Source: Candidatus Saccharimonadota bacterium
GTDB taxonomy: Archaea; Micrarchaeota; Micrarchaeia; Micrarchaeales; Micrarchaeaceae
Assembly (NCBI RefSeq): GCF_002214165.1
Contig: NZ_CP019964.1
Coordinates: forward strand, 750,001 to 782,000
Direction of reading: 5' to 3'
DNA: 32,000 nucleotides
This document shows positions 24,281 to 31,726 of this stretch, piece by piece. The notes below the pieces were generated by a model, which saw only the letters and a program-made list of their open reading frames with translations, was not told the DNA's origin and searched no databases. Both the position numbers and the translations under genes were made by a program. Position 1 is the stretch's first letter. The number at the start of each line of letters is the position of its first letter.

Positions 24281-24440
24281 TCTTACACCAATATTATTAT
24301 CGATAGATATATTTAAATAATTATCTCGTATTTCACTCGTAAATTCCCTAAAAACTGCCAGAGTATAGAGTTTTGGGCAATGCCAGGACCCTAATAGAGG
24401 TTGTGCTTAATTTGATTTGATAGGTTATAGATGACATTTT

Positions 24441-24557
24441 TCATTCTTTTGAATTGCCATCTTGGGATCCCCATTCTCTTGCAGGTTTGTTCTCTATCCC
24501 AAGCATATTCAACATCCTGCCTACTATAAGGTCAACCATTTCTTCAGCATTTTTTGT
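24441..24557 (-). pseudogene. ubiX: ubiX (flavin prenyltransferase) 3' fragment, separated from the rest of the gene by the IS insertion
   Basis: The minus-strand frame from ~24560 reads (T)TKNAEEMVDLIVGRMLNMLGIENKPAREWGSQDGNSKE*, matching the UbiX C-terminus (..s.dDlvdfvVgRvLDqlGIe..). The stop TGA is at 24443-24441. Confidence 0.75.
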
Positions 24558-24760
24558 TGTGACATCCTCCCACCCGTAAACGGTGTGGGCTTCCTTCGCA
24601 TTCATGCAGTCACTGCATCCTGCAAAGGATGTGTTTTATCGGTTCTCAGTTCCTCGAGAACTGCCTCCCTTTGAGGTCTTACACCCTCTCTCTGAGCGTG
24701 ACTTCCCCTCTGTCCGAGGGTAGCTCTTTTGAGTATGTTTATTGACGCGTTTATATCCCT
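24540..24760 (-). ncRNA. Predicted TnpB guide RNA (omega/reRNA): the scaffold overlaps the tnpB 3' end and RE, and the guide extends into flanking ubiX sequence
   Basis: Position is by analogy with characterised TnpB loci. The region contains the palindrome ATGCAGTGACTGCAT and the RE hairpin CCCACACCG-TTTA-CGGGTGGG followed by AGGATGTCAC. The odd low-complexity C-terminal tail of the TnpB ORF (GQRGSHAQREGVRPQREAV...) suggests sequence constrained by RNA. The 5' end is not determinable by eye. Confidence 0.4.
24569..24589 (-). repeat. IS right-end (RE) subterminal hairpin
   Basis: Plus strand CCCAC CCG TAAA CGG T GTGGG: 8 bp stem, one bulged T, TAAA loop. Same architecture as the LE hairpin. 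Confidence 0.75.
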
Positions 24761-25849
24761 GTCTATTGTCAGTCCACAGACGTTACAGTGGTATATTCTG
24801 TCCCCTAATGTCAGTCTTTCATTGCCTTCCTTTATATGATGGCAGTTGCTACATTCCTGTGTCGTATCTTTTGCGTCTACCTTTATTACCTTCATACCAG
24901 CACTTTCAGCCTTGTATGAAAGCATTTGAATGAATCTGTTCCATGAAGCATTATAAATTGACTGTGCAAGATTGTGATTTTTTACCATATTTTGAATATG
25001 AAGGCCTTCTACTGCAAATGAGGTATATCCCGAATTTACTAATTTACTAGAAAGTTTGCGAGCGAAGTCATTGGATTGCTCTGCAACATGTTCCCATTCA
25101 TTTTGCAAATGCTGCTTTGCCTTCTCTCTTCTTTCAGAGCCTTTTTCCCTTCTCGCAATTTTTCTTTGCCATCTCGCAATGTGCTTCACAGGTTTTCTCA
25201 CAAACTTTGGCTTCTCCGTCTTCATGCCGTCAGAAGTTGTGACAAAAGAATGCAAACCCATATCTATACCGACAGGATCCGTGTCTTCAATTTTTGGAGG
25301 TTCAGTCTCTGTGATTGTGGTAAAGATTGCAAAATATTCTTCAGCCTTTTTCTTTATTGTAAGTGTTTTTATCTTGCCTTCTATTGGTCTGTGCGACTCT
25401 ATTTCTATTCTTCCACTCAGTTTGGAAACCCTGAGCATGTGCTTTTTGCCTTTCTTTTTTATACTGAAAGAGCCGTTGTCTTGCGGGTAGGTTATGCTGT
25501 AATACCTGTCTTTTGATTTGAAACGGGGAAAGCCCGCCTTCACTTTCTTGCCCTGCTTCTTTTCATTTATCCTTCTGAAGAAATTCTTGTATGCCTTCAA
25601 GACACGATATTTTATTTCGCAACGCACCTGTGAGTATATTTGAAGGAATCTCTTGTCCTTCTCTATCTCCTTGGCAAACTTGTTCAGGGTTGACATCGAA
25701 AGCTTCTTGTTACCTCCTTTATATGATTTTATCGACTTTTCAAGAAGCAGGTTGTAGAATTCTTTTGAAAGCAAAAGTTGCAGGTCTATCTCTTTTTGCC
25801 TTTTTGCGTCAGGGTAGATCCTGAACTTGTAGGCCCTTATCATTTCCAT
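24602..25849 (-). CDS. tnpB: TnpB (IS605 OrfB) RNA-guided endonuclease, RuvC triad and zinc finger intact
   Basis: N-terminal RAYKFRIYPDAKRQ; RuvC-I VGIDMG; RuvC-II FAVEGLHIQNM; zinc finger CSNCHH...CNVCG; RuvC-III DRDINASINI. 415 aa. Confidence 0.9.
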   Translation of the reverse strand: MEMIRAYKFRIYPDAKRQKEIDLQLLLSKEFYNLLLEKSIKSYKGGNKKLSMSTLNKFAKEIEKDKRFLQIYSQVRCEIKYRVLKAYKNFFRRINEKKQGKKVKAGFPRFKSKDRYYSITYPQDNGSFSIKKKGKKHMLRVSKLSGRIEIESHRPIEGKIKTLTIKKKAEEYFAIFTTITETEPPKIEDTDPVGIDMGLHSFVTTSDGMKTEKPKFVRKPVKHIARWQRKIARREKGSERREKAKQHLQNEWEHVAEQSNDFARKLSSKLVNSGYTSFAVEGLHIQNMVKNHNLAQSIYNASWNRFIQMLSYKAESAGMKVIKVDAKDTTQECSNCHHIKEGNERLTLGDRIYHCNVCGLTIDRDINASINILKRATLGQRGSHAQREGVRPQREAVLEELRTDKTHPLQDAVTA

Positions 25850-25918
25850 TATATCCCTTTCTCGTTTGTTTATTTATTCATCGAAACTTTTATATTCTTA
25901 TATCTGTGGTTCGCTTTC

Positions 25919-25943
25919 ATCCCACCGCTAAAGCGTGTGGGAT
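25919..25943 (-). repeat. IS left-end (LE) subterminal hairpin
   Basis: Plus strand ATCCCAC CGC TAAA GCG T GTGGGAT. Same outer stem, bulged T and TAAA loop as RE, with the inner 3 bp covarying (CGC/GCG versus CCG/CGG). Confidence 0.75.
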
Positions 25944-25954
25944 TTCCCGCTCAC

Positions 25955-26428
25955 TTTGTTAAAATGGAATTGCGGAAACGGGGGCATTACTATTGCACCT
26001 GCTTCTGCCACTGCAAGCAGATTTTTGAGGTGTATTACACTCAACGGGGACTCTCTTGGCATTATTACAAGCTTCCATCTCTTCTCTTTTAGGGCAATTG
26101 ATGCTACACGTATTATCAAGTTGTCCTCGTATCCATTTGCTATACCAGATAAGGTTTTCATAGAGCAAGGTGCAACAAGAACACCATCAAGCTTGAAAGA
26201 TCCGCTGGCTATAGGTGCCATAAAGTTTCCCTCTTCATAGCTGAAGTCTGCAAGATCTTCAACATCTTTCATATTTACACCTAGCTCGTATTTCATAACC
26301 CTGGCCCCAGACCTGCTCATTACTAAATAGGTCTCTATGTTGTCCATATTTGAAAGGGCTTAAAGGAAACGGTAAACATATATCATTCCATCTGCTCCAG
26401 TAACCAAAACTGCAACTCGCTTCTTTAT
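25955..26428 (-). pseudogene. ubiX: ubiX (flavin prenyltransferase) 5' portion, with an in-frame TAA and no canonical start codon
   Basis: The minus frame reads IKKRVAVLVTGADGMIYVYRFL*ALSNMDNIETYLVMSRSG...APCSMKTLSGIANGYEDNLIIRVASIALKEKRWKLVIMPRESPLSVIHLKNLLAVAEAGAIVMPPFPQFHFNK. The TAA is at 26362-26360. The first sense codon after the upstream stop that fits the family N-terminus is ATA (26428). The ORF track sees only 25928-26347. Confidence 0.8.
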
Positions 26429-26585
26429 CCAACCACTAAAGATTAAGTGTTAAATTTTAAATATTGGAGCATAAGAATTTACTTTGAGCTTTGAATATAC
26501 TATCATAATGTGCATTAGTGTCAGCGGACGTATTTTCAAATAGGGATATATTTAAAATAATTGCCTACCATAGATTAATGATTTT

Positions 26586-27350
26586 ATGATAGATATTAAG
26601 TTATTAGATAAAAAGGCAGATTTCCAAGGTTATTCGTTTATAGAAGGATTTCCAGGAATAGGGTTGGTGGGCCCTATGGCTATAAATTATATGATAGACA
26701 AACTTGACATGGACTATTGCGGCTACTTGGATTCGGATAAATTCCCGCCACTTATAGCAATACACGATTCTATCCCAATGCCTCCAATAAGAATTTATTG
26801 CTCTAAAAAATACAAGCTTGTTACCATATTTGCAGAATTCCAGATACCTATGGATCTTATATATGAATTGAGCGCAAAGTTGAATGAATTCATAAAGGAG
26901 AATAAGATATCAAGGATATTTTCAGTAAATGGGATGCCTTACAAGGATGACAGCCAGGATGCAACTGCTTTAAAAGATCCCAATGTGGCTTTTGGTATGG
27001 TATCCAAAAAGAACTTGATCAGTGAATTAAAAAAATATAATATATCGCCGGTTAATGAAGGTGTTGCGACAGGTATAAGTGCAATGATGATGACAAAGGC
27101 ATTGAATGACAACATAGATGACATAACCTTGTTGATACCGGTAAATCCTAATTTGATTGATCCAAAATATGCGGAATCTGCCATAAAATACATTAACCAG
27201 CTGGTAGGTCTTGACATAAACACGGACGAACTTGAAAAAGAGTCAAAGGAGGTTGAAGCAAAGATAAAGGATCTTTTGAAAAAGAACAAGGACACACATC
27301 AGACATACAAGAATTCATACAATGACAGCGGACTATCAATGTATGCTTGA
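26586..27350 (+). CDS. PAC2-family protein (archaeal proteasome-assembly chaperone PbaA/PbaB-like, COG1938)
   Basis: Hallmark N-terminus FIEGFPGIGLVG, then PPIRIY...LVTIFAEFQIP, and an acidic/helical C-terminal tail. Confidence 0.75.
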   Translation: MIDIKLLDKKADFQGYSFIEGFPGIGLVGPMAINYMIDKLDMDYCGYLDSDKFPPLIAIHDSIPMPPIRIYCSKKYKLVTIFAEFQIPMDLIYELSAKLNEFIKENKISRIFSVNGMPYKDDSQDATALKDPNVAFGMVSKKNLISELKKYNISPVNEGVATGISAMMMTKALNDNIDDITLLIPVNPNLIDPKYAESAIKYINQLVGLDINTDELEKESKEVEAKIKDLLKKNKDTHQTYKNSYNDSGLSMYA

Positions 27351-27361
27351 TTTATTTCTTT

Positions 27362-27471
27362 GCAGGGGTGGCAGAGTCTGGTCTGGCCATGGTGATAGGT
27401 CACAGAAAAATGCGCAGGACTTAAGATCCTGTGGCTTAGCGCCTTCGTGAGTTCAAATCTCACCCCCTGCA
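27362..27471 (+). tRNA. tRNA-Leu (anticodon TAA), class II, with a ~24-nt intron in the D-loop
   Basis: GCAGGGG TG GCA GAGTCTGGTC[TGGCCATGGTGATAGGTCACAGAA]AAA TGC G CAGGA CTTAAGA TCCTG TGGCTTAGCGCCTTC GTGAG TTCAAAT CTCAC CCCCTGC A. All stems pair once 27384-27407 is removed. The long variable arm fits Leu. Confidence 0.8.
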
Positions 27472-27708
27472 CTTGAATTTTGCAGGTTTAGGTTTTCTTA
27501 TATACTAAGGAGTTTACAGTATCGAAAAGGTGTTGCGTAATTTTAAAATTTTCCTTTTTATTTTTAGAAATAGTAAAATAAGTGAGCCACATTATAGCTT
27601 GTTAAGCGATGTTTATAAAACTTGTTGTTTTTTAATAATATGACTAATATAAGACTGGTATATTATATGATTAAATAGCTTTCTTTTCCTTTTTAATTGG
27701 TGAAATGA

Positions 27709-30498
27709 GTGGGTGGTAAAAGGTCGGTACCTAAAGGTACGTACAATATTTTTTCCTTAGGTGATATGGGAGGTGCACAGGCGTATATGAGTGAAAGAAA
27801 CCTCATAGGGATGAGCAGGTATCTGAGGGGGTTGGATAATAGTAACCTACCAAATGTTTTGATATTGGGAGGAGGAGTAATGCCCTACTTCCCAACTAAA
27901 GGTTCTACTGCAAACAACAATTACCTTGACACTATAGTACCAAAGTTGAATTCCATATTGGATTCCGCAATATATATGAAGCCACACCTTAACCGGATGC
28001 TTTCTCTGCTACCGAAAGAGACAAAAATAATATATACATTGGGAGATGAGGATAGGAAAAATATACTTGAGATACAAAGGTCACTTGGATTGGCTTATAA
28101 AAATGATATGGAGTATTTAGAGAAACTTATAAGCGACGAAAATCTGACAGTAAATTCAAGGGTTGAGATATTAAAGGGCATTGATACATCAAAGGCAAAA
28201 TTTAGAGAGATGCTTGCTAAGGATAAAAATGAACAGAGCAAATACGACAGGGATATGAAGGAGTTGCAGAATATAAAGGTAAAGGAAGGTATAAACAGGG
28301 AGGAGAAGAAGGAAGCAGAGGAAAGAAGGGATTTGTTAAAGGCGCTTTATACCCTAAAAGTTCAAGAATCTGATCCGAGCGATGGCAAATTTGACAAGTA
28401 CCTCAGCCAAAAGAAAGAAGAGATGTCCAAGATACTTGAAGAAATGAAAAATGTAACCGATTCCGACAAGCTGGCAGAGCTTTCGGCAAAATCAAAAGCA
28501 ATATCAAATTCCATAAGGGTTATGGGAAATAAGATGAAAGAAAAAAGCAGCACTAATGAGCAGTACAAGAGCGACATGCGCAACAAGAGCGTGGATAATT
28601 ATACAGGAAATTCCCTTACAGACCATAGGTCGCATGAGATAATAAATAAGCTTTCAGAATCTTACTACTTGAGCTATTTGAAAGATGCATTTGGTAGGAA
28701 GAGGAAACTGACTCTCCAAAATGAAAAAGTTGACGGCATGATTATAGATGCAGGCAGAGGAAAGTTCAACCTTATCACAGCGTACAGCTTGAATGTTATA
28801 CTTGGAGCGAGAAGCATAGGGAGCAACAACAAGATTGTTGGCAAGCTTGATATTCTTGCAAACAACGGTTTAAACGCAGAAAAGATAAATCCAAAGCTAG
28901 ATAATATATTGGTAACTAGCAAAAACAACAATAGCTCGTTTACAATAGAGCCCTATAGGGATAGGTCTGATTTATTAACATTTGCACTTGCACAAGGACC
29001 GTTCACGGATCCTGGCAAAGTCACTTCTAAATGGAACGAATGGGTTAATACAAAGTATACGCAATCAGTTCAAAAAGGCATAGTGAGCAATGGTTTCACG
29101 ATACTTAGGGTATCTGATCCGGGTTTGCCTGTAAAATACGAAACAAAAACATCGGATATGCTATTCGAGCTTTATGTTGACGAAATGAAAGAACAATATA
29201 AGGTTCTGAATAAGCGCTGGAGCATTGTCAAGGATCAGGATATACAGTTCCCGCTAAATGGTGTTTCCAATGCCGATCTGGAGTATTATGTTGCAATGAA
29301 TAAGCTTCCTTCCGAGCTAAAAGATTGGGAACTTAAGAAGTATTATCCTCTAATAAAAGCTAAGATTGAAGATGATTTGAAAGCAAGCATGAATGCCGAA
29401 AGGAACCCTGAGGCGAGACGTGAATTGGAAATGTTGTTTAGTCAGAGTTCAGCAGATGTAAAATCAAATAATGAAAACAACAAGCTTGTTATAGCATTAA
29501 TAAATGATATACACATAAGCAATAATTTGTTATATGAACTTTTGGAAAAATCCATTGAAGATTTGATAAAAAAAGAGCCAGACATACTTGTACTTGGTGG
29601 GGACATATTGGATGGATTTTATAAGAACCATGGAGCCGAGCCACATATAAACAATTCGTCATACCATGTAGAAAAAGTAAAAGATATACTCAGAAAAGAC
29701 TCCGCTGACACCTTGAACGAATTCTATAAGATGAAGTCTGAGCAGCTATACTTCAACATAGATGAACAGGTTATATTTCTTCTTGACAAGTTGGAAGATT
29801 TGGTGTATAAGATTGCAGAAAAGGGTGGTACTGTAATCACTATTTCAGGAAATCATTACAATAAAACTGAAGGGCAGGGGCATAGAGACGAGTCCACAGT
29901 TATAGCCAATTCCTTAAGGCAGAGGCTCCAGGGTTACCTTGATGGAATACGTAAGGCAGGAGGGAATGCCGAACTTGAGAAAAATTTAGAAAAGGCTATC
30001 TATGGAATTACAGCAATTGTTGGAGGTGAATTTGGGGCAGGAGAAAAGAATATCAATGGCTTGAAAGTCTATCTGTCGCATGAGATGGGAACATCTAGCG
30101 AGAGCAGCTTGGTTAAGTACATAATGGACAAAAGACCTGATAGGCCAGGAGCATTCATATCTGGGCATGACCATATTGCAGAGGCGGGATTTGTAGGCCC
30201 TAATTTATTTGTAAAAGGCCCGAGTATGCAGGAGTCTGATAGCTCTTTTATGAACTTCCTACCAATACCAGTAGGTGATTACCCTAAAGGCGCTATCAAT
30301 GGCTACACACTCATAGAACTTGATCTTGATAGAGATAGCAGGATATTAGATTCTTCGATCGAATATGTGCTTGCAAGAAATCTTATAAGATCGGATTCGC
30401 CTTCTGCGATCATAAGCAAGGCTAATAAGAAAGCAGACAATATAAGCGTGAATTACCACAACCAAGGAGATAAAGAGAAGAGCAAAAGCAGGACCTGA
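27709..30498 (+). CDS. Large (929 aa) protein with a C-terminal calcineurin-like metallophosphoesterase domain, a degenerate N-terminal phosphoesterase-like region and a Lys/Glu-rich coiled-coil segment
   Basis: C-terminal motifs occur in canonical order: LINDIH (D-x-H, ~29505), LGGDILDG (~29596), ISGNHY (~29848), SGHDH (~30163). The N-terminal look-alikes are FSLGDMGG, LILGGGV and YTLGDEDRKN. Residues ~150-300 are charged and heptad-like. The GTG start has GGTGA 6 nt upstream; ATG alternatives exist at codons 20 and 27. Confidence 0.7.
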   Translation: MGGKRSVPKGTYNIFSLGDMGGAQAYMSERNLIGMSRYLRGLDNSNLPNVLILGGGVMPYFPTKGSTANNNYLDTIVPKLNSILDSAIYMKPHLNRMLSLLPKETKIIYTLGDEDRKNILEIQRSLGLAYKNDMEYLEKLISDENLTVNSRVEILKGIDTSKAKFREMLAKDKNEQSKYDRDMKELQNIKVKEGINREEKKEAEERRDLLKALYTLKVQESDPSDGKFDKYLSQKKEEMSKILEEMKNVTDSDKLAELSAKSKAISNSIRVMGNKMKEKSSTNEQYKSDMRNKSVDNYTGNSLTDHRSHEIINKLSESYYLSYLKDAFGRKRKLTLQNEKVDGMIIDAGRGKFNLITAYSLNVILGARSIGSNNKIVGKLDILANNGLNAEKINPKLDNILVTSKNNNSSFTIEPYRDRSDLLTFALAQGPFTDPGKVTSKWNEWVNTKYTQSVQKGIVSNGFTILRVSDPGLPVKYETKTSDMLFELYVDEMKEQYKVLNKRWSIVKDQDIQFPLNGVSNADLEYYVAMNKLPSELKDWELKKYYPLIKAKIEDDLKASMNAERNPEARRELEMLFSQSSADVKSNNENNKLVIALINDIHISNNLLYELLEKSIEDLIKKEPDILVLGGDILDGFYKNHGAEPHINNSSYHVEKVKDILRKDSADTLNEFYKMKSEQLYFNIDEQVIFLLDKLEDLVYKIAEKGGTVITISGNHYNKTEGQGHRDESTVIANSLRQRLQGYLDGIRKAGGNAELEKNLEKAIYGITAIVGGEFGAGEKNINGLKVYLSHEMGTSSESSLVKYIMDKRPDRPGAFISGHDHIAEAGFVGPNLFVKGPSMQESDSSFMNFLPIPVGDYPKGAINGYTLIELDLDRDSRILDSSIEYVLARNLIRSDSPSAIISKANKKADNISVNYHNQGDKEKSKSRT

Positions 30499-30509
30499 AT
30501 TCCAATCTG

Positions 30510-30613
30510 CGGGCCCGACGGGATTTTCATGTTTGCTTTTTAGGACAAACAATTTGAACCCGTGACCATCAGCTTAGAAGGCTGCCGCTCTATCCAAGCT
30601 GAGCTACGGGCCC
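30510..30613 (-). tRNA. tRNA-Arg (anticodon TCT) with a ~29-nt intron in the T-loop
   Basis: Minus strand: GGGCCCG TA GCTC AGCTTGGATA GAGC G GCAGC CTTCTAA GCTGA TGGTC ACGGG TTCAAAT[TGTTTGTCCTAAAAAGCAAACATGAAAAT]CCCGT CGGGCCC G. The intron (about 30523-30551) contains the hairpin TGTTTG/CAAACA. AAAT at both edges makes the junction ambiguous. Confidence 0.8.
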
Positions 30614-30720
30614 ACATACTTTCAAGCCAATATATTCGATACACAATTCAAACAAAATCTGCATAATATCAGCTGATTGGAATAATTTACTTTTAACTCC
30701 ATATTTATAAATACTTTTCA

Positions 30721-31551
30721 TTACTTTTCAGATCTTAATAATGAATTGTGCTCCTCTCCGATGTTGAAGAACCTGCGCGTATTTATGGTCAATTCCTTTG
30801 CGGTTTCCTCCAATCCCATCCCCTTGGCCTTGGCTATCAACTCTATTGAGTATATCACGTCTTTTGGCAAAGAGCCCGCAGTTGGAGAGTCCGTTTCGGC
30901 CATCAAGTTTTTCATAGGGACTGCTTTTATAACCGCATTCCTTTTTGAGGATGGTAAAGGCGGTATTGATATCATGTATCCATATTCCACTGCCTTCATC
31001 GCTTGTTCAACAGTTCCCTCAAAGAAATGTATATGCGCCTTTTTTACTTTTTTCTTGTGTAGCATATAAAGCACTTCGTCCATCGCTTCGCGGGAATGGA
31101 CCGTCACTGGCAAGTCCAGCTTGTTTGCCAAAGTCAACATCCTTAGGAACAGGCTTCTTTGCTTTGGCTTGGAGCCTTTTATTTGAGAAGCAAATTTATA
31201 GTCTAATCCTATTTCGCCTATGCCTTTTATAGATTTGGAGTGGCGTTTTATGAAATCTATTACATAGTCAACTTCATATTTTTTTAGGGATGCTGCAAAC
31301 TCTGGATGTATGCCAAGACAAGCAAATATGTGCTTGTTATCGGCAAGTTCAAGATTCCTTATATTTGAGGGCATGTCGACCCCGTTCGTCACCATGCCTG
31401 CAATATACATAAGTGAATCATTTATGTCCTCTTGTTTTAGCTGGTCCAAATGGCAATGCGCATCTATTATATTGAATACTCTAATTTCGCCTGTAATTTG
31501 CTCTTTCTTTTGCCTGGTTTGACTCTGTATCTGCAAACTTTGAACCATCAA
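30721..31551 (-). CDS. TatD-family metal-dependent hydrolase/DNase
   Basis: IDAHCHLD (HxH), GEIGLDY, VTVHSREA, AHIHFFEG, AETDSP. The N-terminal 25 aa (MMVQSLQIQSQTRQKKEQ...) may be an extension, but there is no internal Met before the HxH motif. Confidence 0.85.
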   Translation of the reverse strand: MMVQSLQIQSQTRQKKEQITGEIRVFNIIDAHCHLDQLKQEDINDSLMYIAGMVTNGVDMPSNIRNLELADNKHIFACLGIHPEFAASLKKYEVDYVIDFIKRHSKSIKGIGEIGLDYKFASQIKGSKPKQRSLFLRMLTLANKLDLPVTVHSREAMDEVLYMLHKKKVKKAHIHFFEGTVEQAMKAVEYGYMISIPPLPSSKRNAVIKAVPMKNLMAETDSPTAGSLPKDVIYSIELIAKAKGMGLEETAKELTINTRRFFNIGEEHNSLLRSEK

Positions 31552-31726
31552 AATACCTTGTTTGAGTTAAGATTATCTATGTAAATATTTATTTATATTG
31601 GGAATTAGTATGATTTGCGTTTTGGCTGTTTTGGTTTATTGCTGTTTTATTTGCATACCCTACACATTGCAAAACTTATAAATATATTGAATTTTCTAAT
31701 CAGTTATGTAGTTTGCTGAATTATAG

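Larger units (their letters stand above)
24555..25957 (-). mobile_element. IS200/IS605-family element of the TnpB-only (IS1341-like) type, ~1.4 kb, inserted in ubiX
   Basis: tnpB is flanked by near-identical subterminal hairpins (LE 25919-25943, RE 24569-24589). ubiX coding sequence resumes on both sides. No tnpA (Y1 transposase) ORF is present. Boundaries are +/- 4 nt because AACAAA occurs at both junctions. Confidence 0.8.

Noticed and set aside
24552-25960. AACAAA at both IS junctions (25960-25955 and 24557-24552) as a target-site duplication
   Set aside because: IS200/IS605 elements insert without duplications. The hexamer is A-rich and short. It more likely reflects chance, or the target motif plus the first flanking bases. 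It is used only to state the +/-4-nt uncertainty of the ends.
26360-26362. Programmed read-through or recoding of the in-frame TAA in ubiX
   Set aside because: The same gene also lacks a start codon and is split by an IS, so simple decay is the economical explanation. No recoding signal is evident.
27709-30498. Calling the 929-aa protein Mre11/SbcD or the PolD small subunit (DP1)
   Set aside because: It shares only the generic phosphoesterase motifs. There is no Rad50/SbcC partner, no DP1-type OB domain or GD(V/I)VDG-YPGQ signature that I could recognise, and the N-terminal half plus coiled coil do not fit either family.
27472-30613. Integrated element or genomic island hypothesis for the segment between tRNA-Leu and tRNA-Arg
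   Set aside because: I found no direct repeat of either tRNA 3' half (att-like site), no integrase or recombinase ORF, and only a 6-7-nt TGCAGG resemblance just after tRNA-Leu. The tRNA bracketing is noted but an island is not supported.
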